In this document: positions 9,442 to 19,074 of the stretch, piece after piece
How positions within the stretch are numbered: position 1 is the stretch's first letter
How the letters are laid out: each line of letters starts with the position of its first letter
Assembly: GCA_965372715.1 (NCBI GenBank)
Contig: CBDVDH010000017.1
Span: 1 to 61,837, forward strand
Source of the DNA: an uncultured bacterium
GTDB taxonomy: Bacteria > B130-G9
DNA: 61,837 nt
Direction of reading: 5' to 3'
Notes under the pieces: model-generated
What the model saw: only the letters and a program-made list of their open reading frames with translations
Databases searched by the model: none
What the model was told of the DNA's origin: nothing
Program-made: the position numbers and the translations under genes

Positions 9442-9636
9442 TCCCCTTCCAATTCGCCTTGTTACTGGAACTAGCCGAACGCACAAGGCTCAAACTAGAC
9501 AGTATCACACCCCATTCTCGATTCAAATCTAAGACTGGTAGGTCAGGCGTTCGATAAGGCTTATATCGGCGCCTTGTTGACTTGGGAGGCGTTGAGGTGG
9601 CAAGATTGGCGGAGTTGAGACAAAGAGGGGCTTTGG

Positions 9637-12033
9637 ATGAGCAGTGAAGAGGAAGCGATGAGCGAGGACACGAGTCCAGAGGCGGCGCCAGAACGGACGG
9701 GACCGTCGATACCGAGCGAGGTCCCCGTGGTTCCCGTTCGGGACGTCGTCGTGCATCCCTATATGGTGGTGCCGCTCTTCGTTTCGAGGCAGATGTCGAT
9801 AAGGGCGGTCGATGCGTCGCTTGCGAACAGGCGGTTCATCTTGATCGTGGCCCAGCGGGACAAGGAGGTCGAGGACCCCAAGCCGGAAGACATCTTTGAA
9901 GTTGGAACCGTCTGCCTCATAATCAGAATGCTCAAGCTGCCTGATGGCCGGGTCAGGCTGTGGGCCCAGGGCGTTGATCGCGCCAGGATCACGAAACTGG
10001 TGCGGACCTCACCCTATTGGAGGGCCAAGATCGAGCGCTTCGCAAGCGGCATCGAGGTCAAGAATCCACTCGTGGCCGAGGCGCTGATGCGCAACACGAA
10101 GGAGAAGCTCGAAAGGAGCGTCTCGCTGGGCAAGGTCATGCCTCCTGAGGCGGCTGTCGTTGCCATGAACAGCGGGGACCCTGGCCAGCTGGCCGACATG
10201 GTCTCCGGGAGCATCCCGATAAAGGTCCCCGACTCACAGAGGGTTCTCGAGATAGCGGACCCTGTGGACCGCCTGCGGCTCGCGAACGAGCTCTTCGGCA
10301 AGGAGATGGAGATACTTGAGATTCAAGAGAAGATACGGTCTGAGGCGCAGCAAGAGATCGAGAAGGATCAGGAGGAGTATTTCTTAAGACAGCAGATGAA
10401 GGCGATTCGCGAGAAGCTGGGCGACGCTGACTCTGTTTCCGGTGAGGCGCGTGAGCTTCGTGAGAAGCTAGTCAAGGTGCAGATGCAGGATGATGCGCGG
10501 GATGTTTGCGACAAGCAGATCAAGCGGCTGGAGATGTGTAGCGCGGATTCGGCGGAGGCGAGTGTGATTCGGACGTATATCGATTGGCTTCTGAATCTTC
10601 CCTGGGCGGTTGAGACGAGCGACAACCTTGATTTGAACGCCGCCCAGAAGATCCTTGATGAGGACCACTATGATCTGGACGAGGTCAAGGAGCGGGTGTT
10701 GGAGTTCCTCGCCGTTAGGAAGCTGACACAGGCCAACAAAGGCCCAATTCTCTGCTTTGTCGGGCCTCCCGGAACGGGTAAGACGTCGCTGGGCAGATCG
10801 ATCGCTAGGGCTCTTGGTCGGAAGTTTGTACGCATCTCACTCGGCGGCGTTCGCGATGAGGCTGAGGTCCGGGGCCATCGCCGGACCTACGTTGGAGCGC
10901 TTCCCGGGCGACTCTTGCAGGAGCTGCGCAGCGCTGGCTCGAGGAATCCGGTGTTCATGATGGACGAGGTTGACAAGATCGGCGCGGATTTCAGAGGCGA
11001 TCCGAGTTCGGCGCTGCTTGAGGTCCTCGATCCCGAGCAGAACTTCTCCTTCAAGGACCATTACGTAGAGGTCCCGTTCGACCTCTCAAACGTCCTCTTT
11101 ATTTGCACAGCCAATGTGCTGGACACGATTCAGCCCGCGTTCCGAGACCGTATGGAGGTGCTGCGGCTTTCCGGCTACACGGAGCACGACAAGATCAAGA
11201 TCGCTCGCAAGTTCATTATCCCGAAGCAGGCAAGAGAAAACGGTCTCTCGGACACGCACCTTAAGATAACGACGGCCGCGCTTAGGCACATCGTGCTTCA
11301 ATACACACGCGAGGCGGGCCTCAGGAATCTGGAACGGCACATCTCGCGCATCTGCCGAAAGGTGGCGAGGCGCATCGCCAGTGATGAGAAGGGACCATTC
11401 GTGATCAATGCTCAGAACCTGGAGGGTTGGATCGGTGTGGGTTCCTACACCATCCCGCACAGCCTCAAGCGGGATCAGGTGGGCGTAGCGTGCGCGCTCG
11501 CGTGGACCCCTACGGGAGGCGACGTGCTCTTCGTTGAGGTTGCGACGATGCAGGGCAGCGGTCGGCTGCACCTAACTGGCCAGCTTGGCGACGTAATGAA
11601 GGAGTCCGCCGAGGCAGCGACGAGCATCGCTCGTTCGAGAGCCAGGGAGTTTGGTTTGCCGGAGGATTTCCACTCCAAGGTGGACATCCACATCCACGTT
11701 CCGTCCGGGGCGATCCCGAAGGACGGCCCCTCGGCGGGCATAACGATTACGATCGCCCTGATCTCGGCCTTAACAAAGAAGCCGGTGAGGGCGAATGTGG
11801 CGATGACCGGGGAGATCACGCTGCGAGGCAACATCCTGCGCATCGGCGGGCTGAAGGAGAAGGTTCTGGCAGCACAGAGAGCGAGAATCACGGAGGTTCT
11901 GCTTCCCGCCGAGAATCAGAAGGAGTTCTCAGAGGTTGAGGAGCGGGTCAAGGCGGGCCTCAAGTTTCACTTCGTGGACCGCATCGAGGATGCGCTCGAG
12001 ATAGCGTTCAATGGTAGTCCGAAGTCAGTATAG
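9637..12033 (+). CDS. lon: ATP-dependent Lon protease
   Basis: LON N-domain, GPPGTGKTS, DEAEVRGHRRTY, PKDGPSAG, GGLKEK. Confidence 0.97.
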   Translation: MSSEEEAMSEDTSPEAAPERTGPSIPSEVPVVPVRDVVVHPYMVVPLFVSRQMSIRAVDASLANRRFILIVAQRDKEVEDPKPEDIFEVGTVCLIIRMLKLPDGRVRLWAQGVDRARITKLVRTSPYWRAKIERFASGIEVKNPLVAEALMRNTKEKLERSVSLGKVMPPEAAVVAMNSGDPGQLADMVSGSIPIKVPDSQRVLEIADPVDRLRLANELFGKEMEILEIQEKIRSEAQQEIEKDQEEYFLRQQMKAIREKLGDADSVSGEARELREKLVKVQMQDDARDVCDKQIKRLEMCSADSAEASVIRTYIDWLLNLPWAVETSDNLDLNAAQKILDEDHYDLDEVKERVLEFLAVRKLTQANKGPILCFVGPPGTGKTSLGRSIARALGRKFVRISLGGVRDEAEVRGHRRTYVGALPGRLLQELRSAGSRNPVFMMDEVDKIGADFRGDPSSALLEVLDPEQNFSFKDHYVEVPFDLSNVLFICTANVLDTIQPAFRDRMEVLRLSGYTEHDKIKIARKFIIPKQARENGLSDTHLKITTAALRHIVLQYTREAGLRNLERHISRICRKVARRIASDEKGPFVINAQNLEGWIGVGSYTIPHSLKRDQVGVACALAWTPTGGDVLFVEVATMQGSGRLHLTGQLGDVMKESAEAATSIARSRAREFGLPEDFHSKVDIHIHVPSGAIPKDGPSAGITITIALISALTKKPVRANVAMTGEITLRGNILRIGGLKEKVLAAQRARITEVLLPAENQKEFSEVEERVKAGLKFHFVDRIEDALEIAFNGSPKSV

Positions 12034-12075
12034 AGTTTCAAGTTCCAGGTTTCAGATTCGAGGTTCCAGGTTTCG
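12034..12075. repeat. Degenerate heptamer tandem repeat (6 units)
   Basis: AGTTTCA AGTTCCA GGTTTCA GATTCGA GGTTCCA GGTTTCG immediately after the lon stop. Confidence 0.75.
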
Positions 12076-12152
12076 AGCACGGAGAGGCAGATTCGGCAAC
12101 CGGTGGGGATTTTGATCGTTGAACAGCCTTTAACGTTCGAAGGCAATTTGAG

Positions 12153-13070
12153 ATGAGCAGCGAGCGACTTATTGAAGCTATCGAGGCTCTTAAGCGCGAG
12201 CGCAACGCCATCATACTCGGCCACAATTATCAGCCGGGCGTCATTCAGGACGTGTCGGATTTCGTCGGCGATTCGCTGGGATTATCGCAGCAAGCTGCGC
12301 AGAGCAACGCTGACCTCATCGTTTTCTGCGGCGTCGATTTCATGGCTGAGACGGCCGCGGTACTCGCCCCAGACCGGCTCGTGCTCATCCCGGAAGACCG
12401 CGCCTCGTGCCCGATGGCTCACATGGCCACCAGCGCGGAGGTTCGGGCCATGAGAGCCAAGCATCCCGGCAGCGTGGTCGTGACCTACGTCAACTCTACG
12501 GCCGAGGTCAAGGCTGAGAGCGATGTATGCTGCACGTCTGCCAATGCGGTCTCGGTGCTGAAGTCGATCCCGAAGGACAAGCCGATCATCTTCGTGCCAG
12601 ACGTGCACCTCGGCGAATATGCAGGTAAGGTGGCCGGTCGCGAGGTGATCCCGTGGGAGGGGTTCTGCCCTGCGCACCACTACGTCACGGCGGATGAGAT
12701 TCAGAAGGCGAAGGAGGAGCACCCACGCGCCGTCGTCATGGCCCACCCGGAATGCCCGATGGAGGTCATCGAGCTCTCGGATGCCGCCCTTTCTACTTCA
12801 GGGATGTTGAAGTTTGCGAGGGAGTCGGATGCCACCGAGTTCATCGTTGTGACCGAGGTTGGCATGCTCTATCCGCTGCGGAAGCAGAACCCAGAAAAGA
12901 AGTTCTACTGCCCCTCTGCGTCGCTTTTGTGCCCGAACATGAAGATGACGACACTGGAGTCAATCAAGCGCTCGCTCGAACACGACACCTATCCCGTCCG
13001 GGTCCCACTCGACATCGCCGAGCGCGCCCGCCGACCCATCGAGCGCATGCTCGCCGTGCCCCGGGACTGA
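12153..13070 (+). CDS. nadA: Quinolinate synthase A
   Basis: ILGHNYQ, GDSLGL, FCGVDFMAE, SCPMA, YVNS, CCTSANA, HPEC, CPNMK. Confidence 0.97.
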   Translation: MSSERLIEAIEALKRERNAIILGHNYQPGVIQDVSDFVGDSLGLSQQAAQSNADLIVFCGVDFMAETAAVLAPDRLVLIPEDRASCPMAHMATSAEVRAMRAKHPGSVVVTYVNSTAEVKAESDVCCTSANAVSVLKSIPKDKPIIFVPDVHLGEYAGKVAGREVIPWEGFCPAHHYVTADEIQKAKEEHPRAVVMAHPECPMEVIELSDAALSTSGMLKFARESDATEFIVVTEVGMLYPLRKQNPEKKFYCPSASLLCPNMKMTTLESIKRSLEHDTYPVRVPLDIAERARRPIERMLAVPRD

Positions 13071-13143
13071 GTACAGAAGCTGTGGCATGGGGCGTTGACC
13101 CCGGGCAGTCCCTTCCCCGACCCCACGGATGGGTCTTGAGTTG

Positions 13144-14172
13144 TTACCGGGGCAGAATCGTGTGTGCGTTGAATACCGACCGGAATTGCTGGATGCGCCT
13201 CGTTGCGAGGCTGACGTATTCAGGGTCTATGTCATAGCCCACATAGTGCCTGTCCGTCTTGATGGCGGCAATGGCGGCCTGACCACTTCCCATGAACGGA
13301 TCGAGCACGACATCACCCCGGAAGGTGAAGAGCTGTATCAATCGGTAGGGCAGCTCGACCGGAAAGGGCGCTGGGTGACCTATCTTTTTGGCGCGCTCGG
13401 CCGGGAAAGTCCAGACGCTCTTGGTGAATTCGAGGAATTCATCGCGGCTAATCGTGCTCTTCTTAAGGGCGGTTCGTGAACCGCCCCTACGATTGGCTCC
13501 CCGGCCAAACTGGCCTTTTGAGAAGATGAGAATGTACTCGTGGATGTCCCTCAGAGTCGGGTTTGCGGCCGAAAGCCAACTTCCCCAGGCTGTTGAAGGG
13601 CTGCCGCTTTCCGCCTTATTCCAGATCACCTCGCCCCTCATCAGAAATCCCAGCCCGACCATGCTATCGACTATGTAAGCGTGCAGCGGCAAGTAAGGCT
13701 TTCGGCCCAGATTCGCCACGTTAATCGCCGCCCTGCCGCCGGGCACGAGGACCCTACGAACCTCCGCCCACACTCGCTCAAGAAATGACAAATACTCCTG
13801 AAGACTCAGGTCCTCGTCATATTCCTTGCCAACGTTATACGGCGGCGAGGTCACCATCAAATGGACAGATGAATCCGGCAGCTGGTGCATGTTCTCGCTA
13901 GACCCACACAGAACCGTATCCAGAATGCCGGGCGGAATCGCCGTCTCGCGGTATTCTTGCTGCGTTTCCTGCGGCAGGCCCTCGTAGAGCCTGCTGGAGT
14001 AGAACCGACTTGCGTCGTGCCCTATCCTACCAGGCGAGCCGAACGCGCTCGTGCTGGTCCCCTTTCGACTGACTCGCCCAGGCCTCGGCCGCTCGGAACC
14101 CTCGACTTGTCTGCGAGGTGGGACAGCGCCTGGCAAAGGTATGCTAGATTGCGTCAATCTTCCCTCGCTCAA
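13144..14172 (-). CDS. Beta-class amino DNA methyltransferase (likely N4-cytosine)
   Basis: VTSPPYN precedes HPAPFP and VLDPFMGSG. Confidence 0.9.
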   Translation of the reverse strand: MSEGRLTQSSIPLPGAVPPRRQVEGSERPRPGRVSRKGTSTSAFGSPGRIGHDASRFYSSRLYEGLPQETQQEYRETAIPPGILDTVLCGSSENMHQLPDSSVHLMVTSPPYNVGKEYDEDLSLQEYLSFLERVWAEVRRVLVPGGRAAINVANLGRKPYLPLHAYIVDSMVGLGFLMRGEVIWNKAESGSPSTAWGSWLSAANPTLRDIHEYILIFSKGQFGRGANRRGGSRTALKKSTISRDEFLEFTKSVWTFPAERAKKIGHPAPFPVELPYRLIQLFTFRGDVVLDPFMGSGQAAIAAIKTDRHYVGYDIDPEYVSLATRRIQQFRSVFNAHTILPR

Positions 14173-14242
14173 GAACTCCCCGCCTGAGGACGGTGTTCAG
14201 CGTCGCGCTCGCATTGCCTCTTGAGCGTTATCGCCGTTTCAC

Positions 14243-14461
14243 TCATGCGTAGGCAAGGCGACCCTTCGGCTGGGGAATCGGTCTGCCGAGCTCTTTGGCA
14301 GTCTCAATCCACTCCTTGATGATCTGCTCGGCGTTCGAGAGCGCCTCCTGGTATGTTTTGCCGTCGGCCATGCAGCCTGCAAGCTCCGGGACCTCAGCGA
14401 CAAACGCGTCGTCCTCCTCACTCCAGAAGATGATGATCTCGTATTTGGAATCCATGCTCAT
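14243..14461 (-). CDS. hicB: HicB-family antitoxin
   Basis: YEIIIFWSEEDDAFVAEVPELAGCMADGKTYQEAL...IPQP. Confidence 0.92.
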   Translation of the reverse strand: MSMDSKYEIIIFWSEEDDAFVAEVPELAGCMADGKTYQEALSNAEQIIKEWIETAKELGRPIPQPKGRLAYA

Positions 14462-14712
14462 TCTCCCAATCGCAGGTTATACTTCAAGATGACCTTCCTT
14501 ACCTGTTTGACTTGGTACGGTTTTGCCTTACTGTCGCTGGGCTGAAGATTGAGGATTTCTTCCACCCCATCGATCGTGAAGATGTGGTGATCTCCTCTCA
14601 GCCGTTCCTCAAAACCAAGTCGTTTGAGAAGGTCGCACAGGCCCTCAAAAGGGACGTTCGCGTCTGACCGACGCATCAGTATGTGCAGCTACAGCTTCTC
14701 GTGTTTGCCCAT
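14458..14712 (-). pseudogene. hicA: HicA-family toxin with in-frame TAG at codon 8
   Basis: MGKHEKL*LHILMRRSDANVPFEGLCDLLKRLGFEERLRGDHHIF...AKPYQVKQV; TAG at 14691-14689; possible restart at ATG 14676. Confidence 0.75.
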
Positions 14713-15026
14713 GACGGCACCCTAACATGACCACCAACCCCCATGCCTTGACAAGTCTCGTTGCAGCCCAGCCTTGATTCCAGTCAGCACACCACCCGAC
14801 ATGAGTCAGAGCTGTGTCTTCGGCGGTCCAGTGCTCGTAGATCCCTAGCTCGCCACCTGCGTCCTTCACCAATGGACCTCCTCGGCTTCACCCACCGGCG
14901 AGACGCTCATCCGAATTTCCGCAGGCAAGGCACCCTGGAAGCCGCGACTCGCCGGCCGGAGATGCCCGGAGCTCCGGCCGGCACAAGCTGTTGTTAGCCC
15001 ACAATCCGCTTGCACGGGTTGCGGCA

Positions 15027-15473
15027 TTAGATCAGGCACAGCCAATTCCCGATATCTTCATTCCAGAGTTCACGGTTATTCTCCTTGAACTCGCGCATGA
15101 GTTCCTTGCACTCTTTAAGGTCAAGATCAATAACCTCAACGTCATGTGTTTCCATGAACTCTCGTGCACCGGGGAATGTCTCTGATTCCCCAGCAATAAC
15201 TTTCTTAATGCCAAACTGGACAACCGCACCAGCGCAGAGATAGCAGGGCATCAATGTTGAGTAGAGGGTAGTCCCGCGATAGTCCGCTACCCTCCCTGCC
15301 TGTCGCAGGCAATCGATTTCTGCGTGAGCCATGGGGTCCCCATCCTGAACCCTCTTGTTATGACCTCTGCCTACAATTTTCCCATCTCTGACAAGAACAG
15401 CGCCTATGGGGATGCCATTGTCGCGTTTGCCCTGCCCTGCTTCATCGAAAGCGGCTTGCATGAAAGTATCCAT
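15027..15473 (-). CDS. Zinc-dependent nucleoside/cytosine deaminase
   Basis: PIGAVLV, HAEIDCL, TLMPCYLC, WNEDIG. Confidence 0.92.
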   Translation of the reverse strand: MDTFMQAAFDEAGQGKRDNGIPIGAVLVRDGKIVGRGHNKRVQDGDPMAHAEIDCLRQAGRVADYRGTTLYSTLMPCYLCAGAVVQFGIKKVIAGESETFPGAREFMETHDVEVIDLDLKECKELMREFKENNRELWNEDIGNWLCLI

Positions 15474-15524
15474 ATCACCCTCTCATTCCGTCTTGGCGAC
15501 TGTTGAGCTAATCATACGCCCTCT

Positions 15525-16145
15525 TTACAGCACGTCGTGGTAGTCCACGAGCATCACATCTATGACAAATACTATTCCATTCACGATTCCCAAGAGTATC
15601 AGCCCGATGCCAGAGTATAAATCGCCCATTGTCAGGCGAAGTACAACCATAAGAACAATCAACGCTGTATTCAAAATGCCCCACGCCCGCGGGATGAAAC
15701 TCCTTCGCCAATTCCGGAAGATCTTACCAAGTGCCCATTGGGATACTATCCACAGCACGTCAACCACATAGAGCGCGGTCAGCAGTTCAGCAAACCCGAT
15801 TTTTGCACGACGACTGGCTTCAGCCGTCGAAACGCCGCCGAGAAAGACCATGATGGTCGTTTGAAGGATTATGACCATCAGGTCGTAGAACCATACTTCG
15901 CCCTTCATTTCCAAGAGGACTTCACTCGTCAAGTGGAGCTGGTTGCCTATAAAAAACCGCATACTCGTCAAGAAGAAGATCGAGAAGAGAATCACTGTGC
16001 TGAGCGTAATGCCCGACATCTGTATCGACTCGCGGACTGGAACGATCATTTCTTGGTATGCCAAACCAATAAGAATGACCACGAAAATCGTCGACAGGAA
16101 GTTCCGTTTTTCTCTCTGCTTTCTCTTCGAGTCTAGCATATTCAT
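15525..16145 (-). CDS. Hypothetical multi-pass membrane protein
   Basis: About six hydrophobic segments; lower GC than the flanking housekeeping genes. Confidence 0.65.
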   Translation of the reverse strand: MNMLDSKRKQREKRNFLSTIFVVILIGLAYQEMIVPVRESIQMSGITLSTVILFSIFFLTSMRFFIGNQLHLTSEVLLEMKGEVWFYDLMVIILQTTIMVFLGGVSTAEASRRAKIGFAELLTALYVVDVLWIVSQWALGKIFRNWRRSFIPRAWGILNTALIVLMVVLRLTMGDLYSGIGLILLGIVNGIVFVIDVMLVDYHDVL

Positions 16146-16541
16146 TAATGGGGCCTCCGGTTCTCGCAACCTGGGCAGCGTGTCCTGCGCCTGTTCACCG
16201 AGGCGCGTTCGGTCGTAACAAAGCCAGCTGACAACGGTCATGCAAACTGTATGAAACGGTAGACACAGGCTGCTTCCTTCTTCATGGGAAACCGCGTCCT
16301 CTTGCTTACTCTCAAAATGCCATCATCCCAAGCCCCTAAGTCGTTGTGCCCGCTGGCGCTTGCCGGCCCGCTCAGACTTGAACTAGGCACCAGAGAGCGG
16401 ATCGGCTAGGCTCGGCGTACCGCAGTTCCTCCTTTGAACCAGTTGCATTCATTTTCGCCAGTGCCAGGGCATTCTGGGGACGAAACTCAGTGAGTAGTGT
16501 ACAACACTCTCGAACGCTCAGTCAACAGAGATTCCGGACTA

Positions 16542-17720
16542 TCACTTTGGATGCTCGCCAGTGCTCGTGCGAAGCCACGGCGAGTAAGACCCACGTCGCG
16601 CCCCACAGTCAGGATCGGGTGCCGCGGATGGCGTATAATGCCCGAGGCCCTCCGCGGCAAGCCATTGGCCCACGTGCAGCCGGGGGTTGGGGTTGTAGCG
16701 TCGGCCGACCTTCGCGCAGGGGCGGCCGTTCACTATGACGATGTCGGCGGTGTAGTCGAAGGCGCCGGTGAGGAGGGAGCTGCCCACGCCGTAGGCATCG
16801 ACGGGGACATTATTCGCCTCGAACCGGGCGATTTTCTCCGTCGTGAAGCCGCCGCTCACGACGATCTTGACGTACTCAAACCCCTCAGCGTCGAGTGCGT
16901 CCCTGACGTTGTGGACGAGGACCTCGTTGACCCCGGTCGGGGCAAACTCACCCATCACAGCAGTTACCGAGCGGTCAACCATGGTGCTGGCCGTGTCGAG
17001 CCGAACACCCCACAATCTCTTACCGAGTGCCCTTGCGACTGCCAGGGACGTCGCGACGCAGTCGTTGTCGAAATCAACGAGCGAGATGACCCGCACGGGG
17101 TCAGGCACGAAGTCCGCGAACTTCTGCGTGGCCTTGACTGTATCGCCATTATAAGCCGCGATAAGCCCATGTGGGACCGTCCCGATACCCTCTTGATCAA
17201 TCCACGCGCCCTGGGCATCTGTCGAGACCCCACGCGCACCCCCAATGTGTGCTGCGTAGCCATCGCCCGGTTGGGTCGAGAAACGATCGAACCGGGCCGA
17301 GAAGAACAGTATCGGCTTGCCGCTGGCGGCGTCAACCGCCCGACGAGTGTTGGTCGCGACTTTGGTCAGGCGGGCGAGGACCCCGAGGTATAGCGTCTCC
17401 AAGTGGGCGAACGAGGCGTAGTCCCCCTCAATCGTCATCACGGTCTCGTAGGGAGCGGCTTCGTCGCCGTCGAAAAGCGACATTATTCTGATGTCACCGG
17501 GATTGTCAGCGCATCGCTTGATGATCGCGATCGCCTCGTCGGTTCCGCAGACGACGACGTTGCCCTTTTGAAAGACCTGCATCAGGACAATAGGGTGGTG
17601 ATCGTCGCTGGTCAGAATGTCCTTTGCTCGCGCGAAATACTTATCGGTATAGTGCCCTGCGCGAATGGGCTCTTGAGGGATGTCGAAGGTGCTGGGGTCG
17701 AGGCGCTTTTTCGGCGGCAT
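16542..17720 (-). CDS. Nicotinate/quinolinate phosphoribosyltransferase family protein
   Basis: YTDKYF, ETLYLG, GTVPHGLIA, LVDFDND, GVRLDT, VSGGF, GVGS. Confidence 0.85.
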   Translation of the reverse strand: MPPKKRLDPSTFDIPQEPIRAGHYTDKYFARAKDILTSDDHHPIVLMQVFQKGNVVVCGTDEAIAIIKRCADNPGDIRIMSLFDGDEAAPYETVMTIEGDYASFAHLETLYLGVLARLTKVATNTRRAVDAASGKPILFFSARFDRFSTQPGDGYAAHIGGARGVSTDAQGAWIDQEGIGTVPHGLIAAYNGDTVKATQKFADFVPDPVRVISLVDFDNDCVATSLAVARALGKRLWGVRLDTASTMVDRSVTAVMGEFAPTGVNEVLVHNVRDALDAEGFEYVKIVVSGGFTTEKIARFEANNVPVDAYGVGSSLLTGAFDYTADIVIVNGRPCAKVGRRYNPNPRLHVGQWLAAEGLGHYTPSAAPDPDCGARRGSYSPWLRTSTGEHPK

Positions 17721-17746
17721 CTTTCTTATGCCCCGCGGTCAATCCG

Positions 17747-18088
17747 TTATTCTTCCGAGAAGCTAGCGACAGCCTCGGCGATCGTTGGATGTATCTCGAA
17801 GATGGTGGAAAGCCGCGTTATCCTGAAGATGTCCACTATCGTATCGCCAAGGCCGGCGAGCCTGAGGTCCCCGCCTCGGCTGTTGGCCGACTTCAGGGTC
17901 GAAACAAAGATGCCCAAGGCGCTGCTGTCCAGATAGCTCACTTGAGATAGGTCTGCTGCGATATTTGGCTTATCCCCAGCGGCAAGGGACCTAAGTGCTT
18001 CCTGGAGTCTCCGACCGTCCGTATGCTGTATCCGTCCTGAGAGTGTAACTACCTTTGTCCTGCTTTGGTGCGACATTGCTATCTCCAT
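17747..18088 (-). CDS. STAS-domain anti-sigma-factor antagonist
   Basis: DLSQVSYLDSSALG, GGDLRL, IFRITRL. Confidence 0.9.
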   Translation of the reverse strand: MEIAMSHQSRTKVVTLSGRIQHTDGRRLQEALRSLAAGDKPNIAADLSQVSYLDSSALGIFVSTLKSANSRGGDLRLAGLGDTIVDIFRITRLSTIFEIHPTIAEAVASFSEE

Positions 18089-18119
18089 GGCTATACGAAT
18101 CTCGCCCCTTGAGTGTTAA

Positions 18120-18632
18120 TCATATCTGTATGACCGCGCAAACGTCGTATCCTTTAAGCTTCTCCTTACCATTGAGGAAGCCTAACTCAATGAGGAACCT
18201 GATGCCGACCACGTTGCCGCCCAACTCCTCGACTAGACGGGCGGTTGCGGCAATTGTGCCACCAGTCGCAAGAAGATCGTCCAGCAAGAGGAGTCGCATC
18301 CCGGGCTTTATGGCGTCTCTGTGTATTTCAAGCGTGTCGGTTCCATATTCAAGCGCATACGTCTCGGAGACTGTCTCGGCCGGAAGCTTGCCCGGCTTGC
18401 GCACAATCAACAGGCCGCAACCCAGCTTGTAGGCCGCGGCTGCGGCGAAAATGAAACCTCTGGCCTCGACACCGACAATGGCATCAATATCGTCGGACGT
18501 GAAGCCCTCGACAACCTGGTTAACCGCCTGTTGGAAAGCGGCGCCGTCCGCGAGAATGGGCGTAATATCCTTAAAGATTATGCCCGGCTTCGGGAAATCG
18601 GGAACATCTCGGAGTAATCTGCCTAAATCCAT
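18120..18632 (-). CDS. apt: Adenine phosphoribosyltransferase
   Basis: PDFPKPGIIFKDITP, EARGFIF, RKPGKLP, YALEYG, DDLLATGGT. Confidence 0.97.
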   Translation of the reverse strand: MDLGRLLRDVPDFPKPGIIFKDITPILADGAAFQQAVNQVVEGFTSDDIDAIVGVEARGFIFAAAAAYKLGCGLLIVRKPGKLPAETVSETYALEYGTDTLEIHRDAIKPGMRLLLLDDLLATGGTIAATARLVEELGGNVVGIRFLIELGFLNGKEKLKGYDVCAVIQI

Positions 18633-18719
18633 AAGAATCTCCTGACCAATAGTCCGCCCGCATCTGCATGTGCATAAACTAGCATAGTCCACCCAACACG
18701 AAAGGTCAAACGCACGCTC

Positions 18720-19004
18720 CTATATATCGAACAATACCGTAAACTCCTTATAATTACCCGTATAAGACATCTGGTCAACGTGAAAGCCCCTCACACGTGC
18801 GCCCACTGGTCCGCGCCTCAGCAAACGAAGGAACCTATCCATGCAGCTCTGGTCGCCCTCGGCATAAACCTCAACTCGCCCGTCTCTCATATTCCGCACA
18901 TAGCCCTGAACGCCGCACTCGTGCGACTTCCTGTAAGCGAAGTAGCGAAAGCCGATCCCCTGAACGAGGCCCTCAATGTATATCTTCGCGGCTACGTTGG
19001 CCAA
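18720..19004 (-). CDS. acyP: Acylphosphatase
   Basis: GLVQGIGFR, GYVRNMRDGRVEV. Confidence 0.92.
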   Translation of the reverse strand: MANVAAKIYIEGLVQGIGFRYFAYRKSHECGVQGYVRNMRDGRVEVYAEGDQSCMDRFLRLLRRGPVGARVRGFHVDQMSYTGNYKEFTVLFDI

Positions 19005-19074
19005 TCATTTCTCCCCAGAGTGCCGTTAGCAACAGTTCCCGACCTACCGTGTGAATCCCCCAAGCGCGAGCTCG

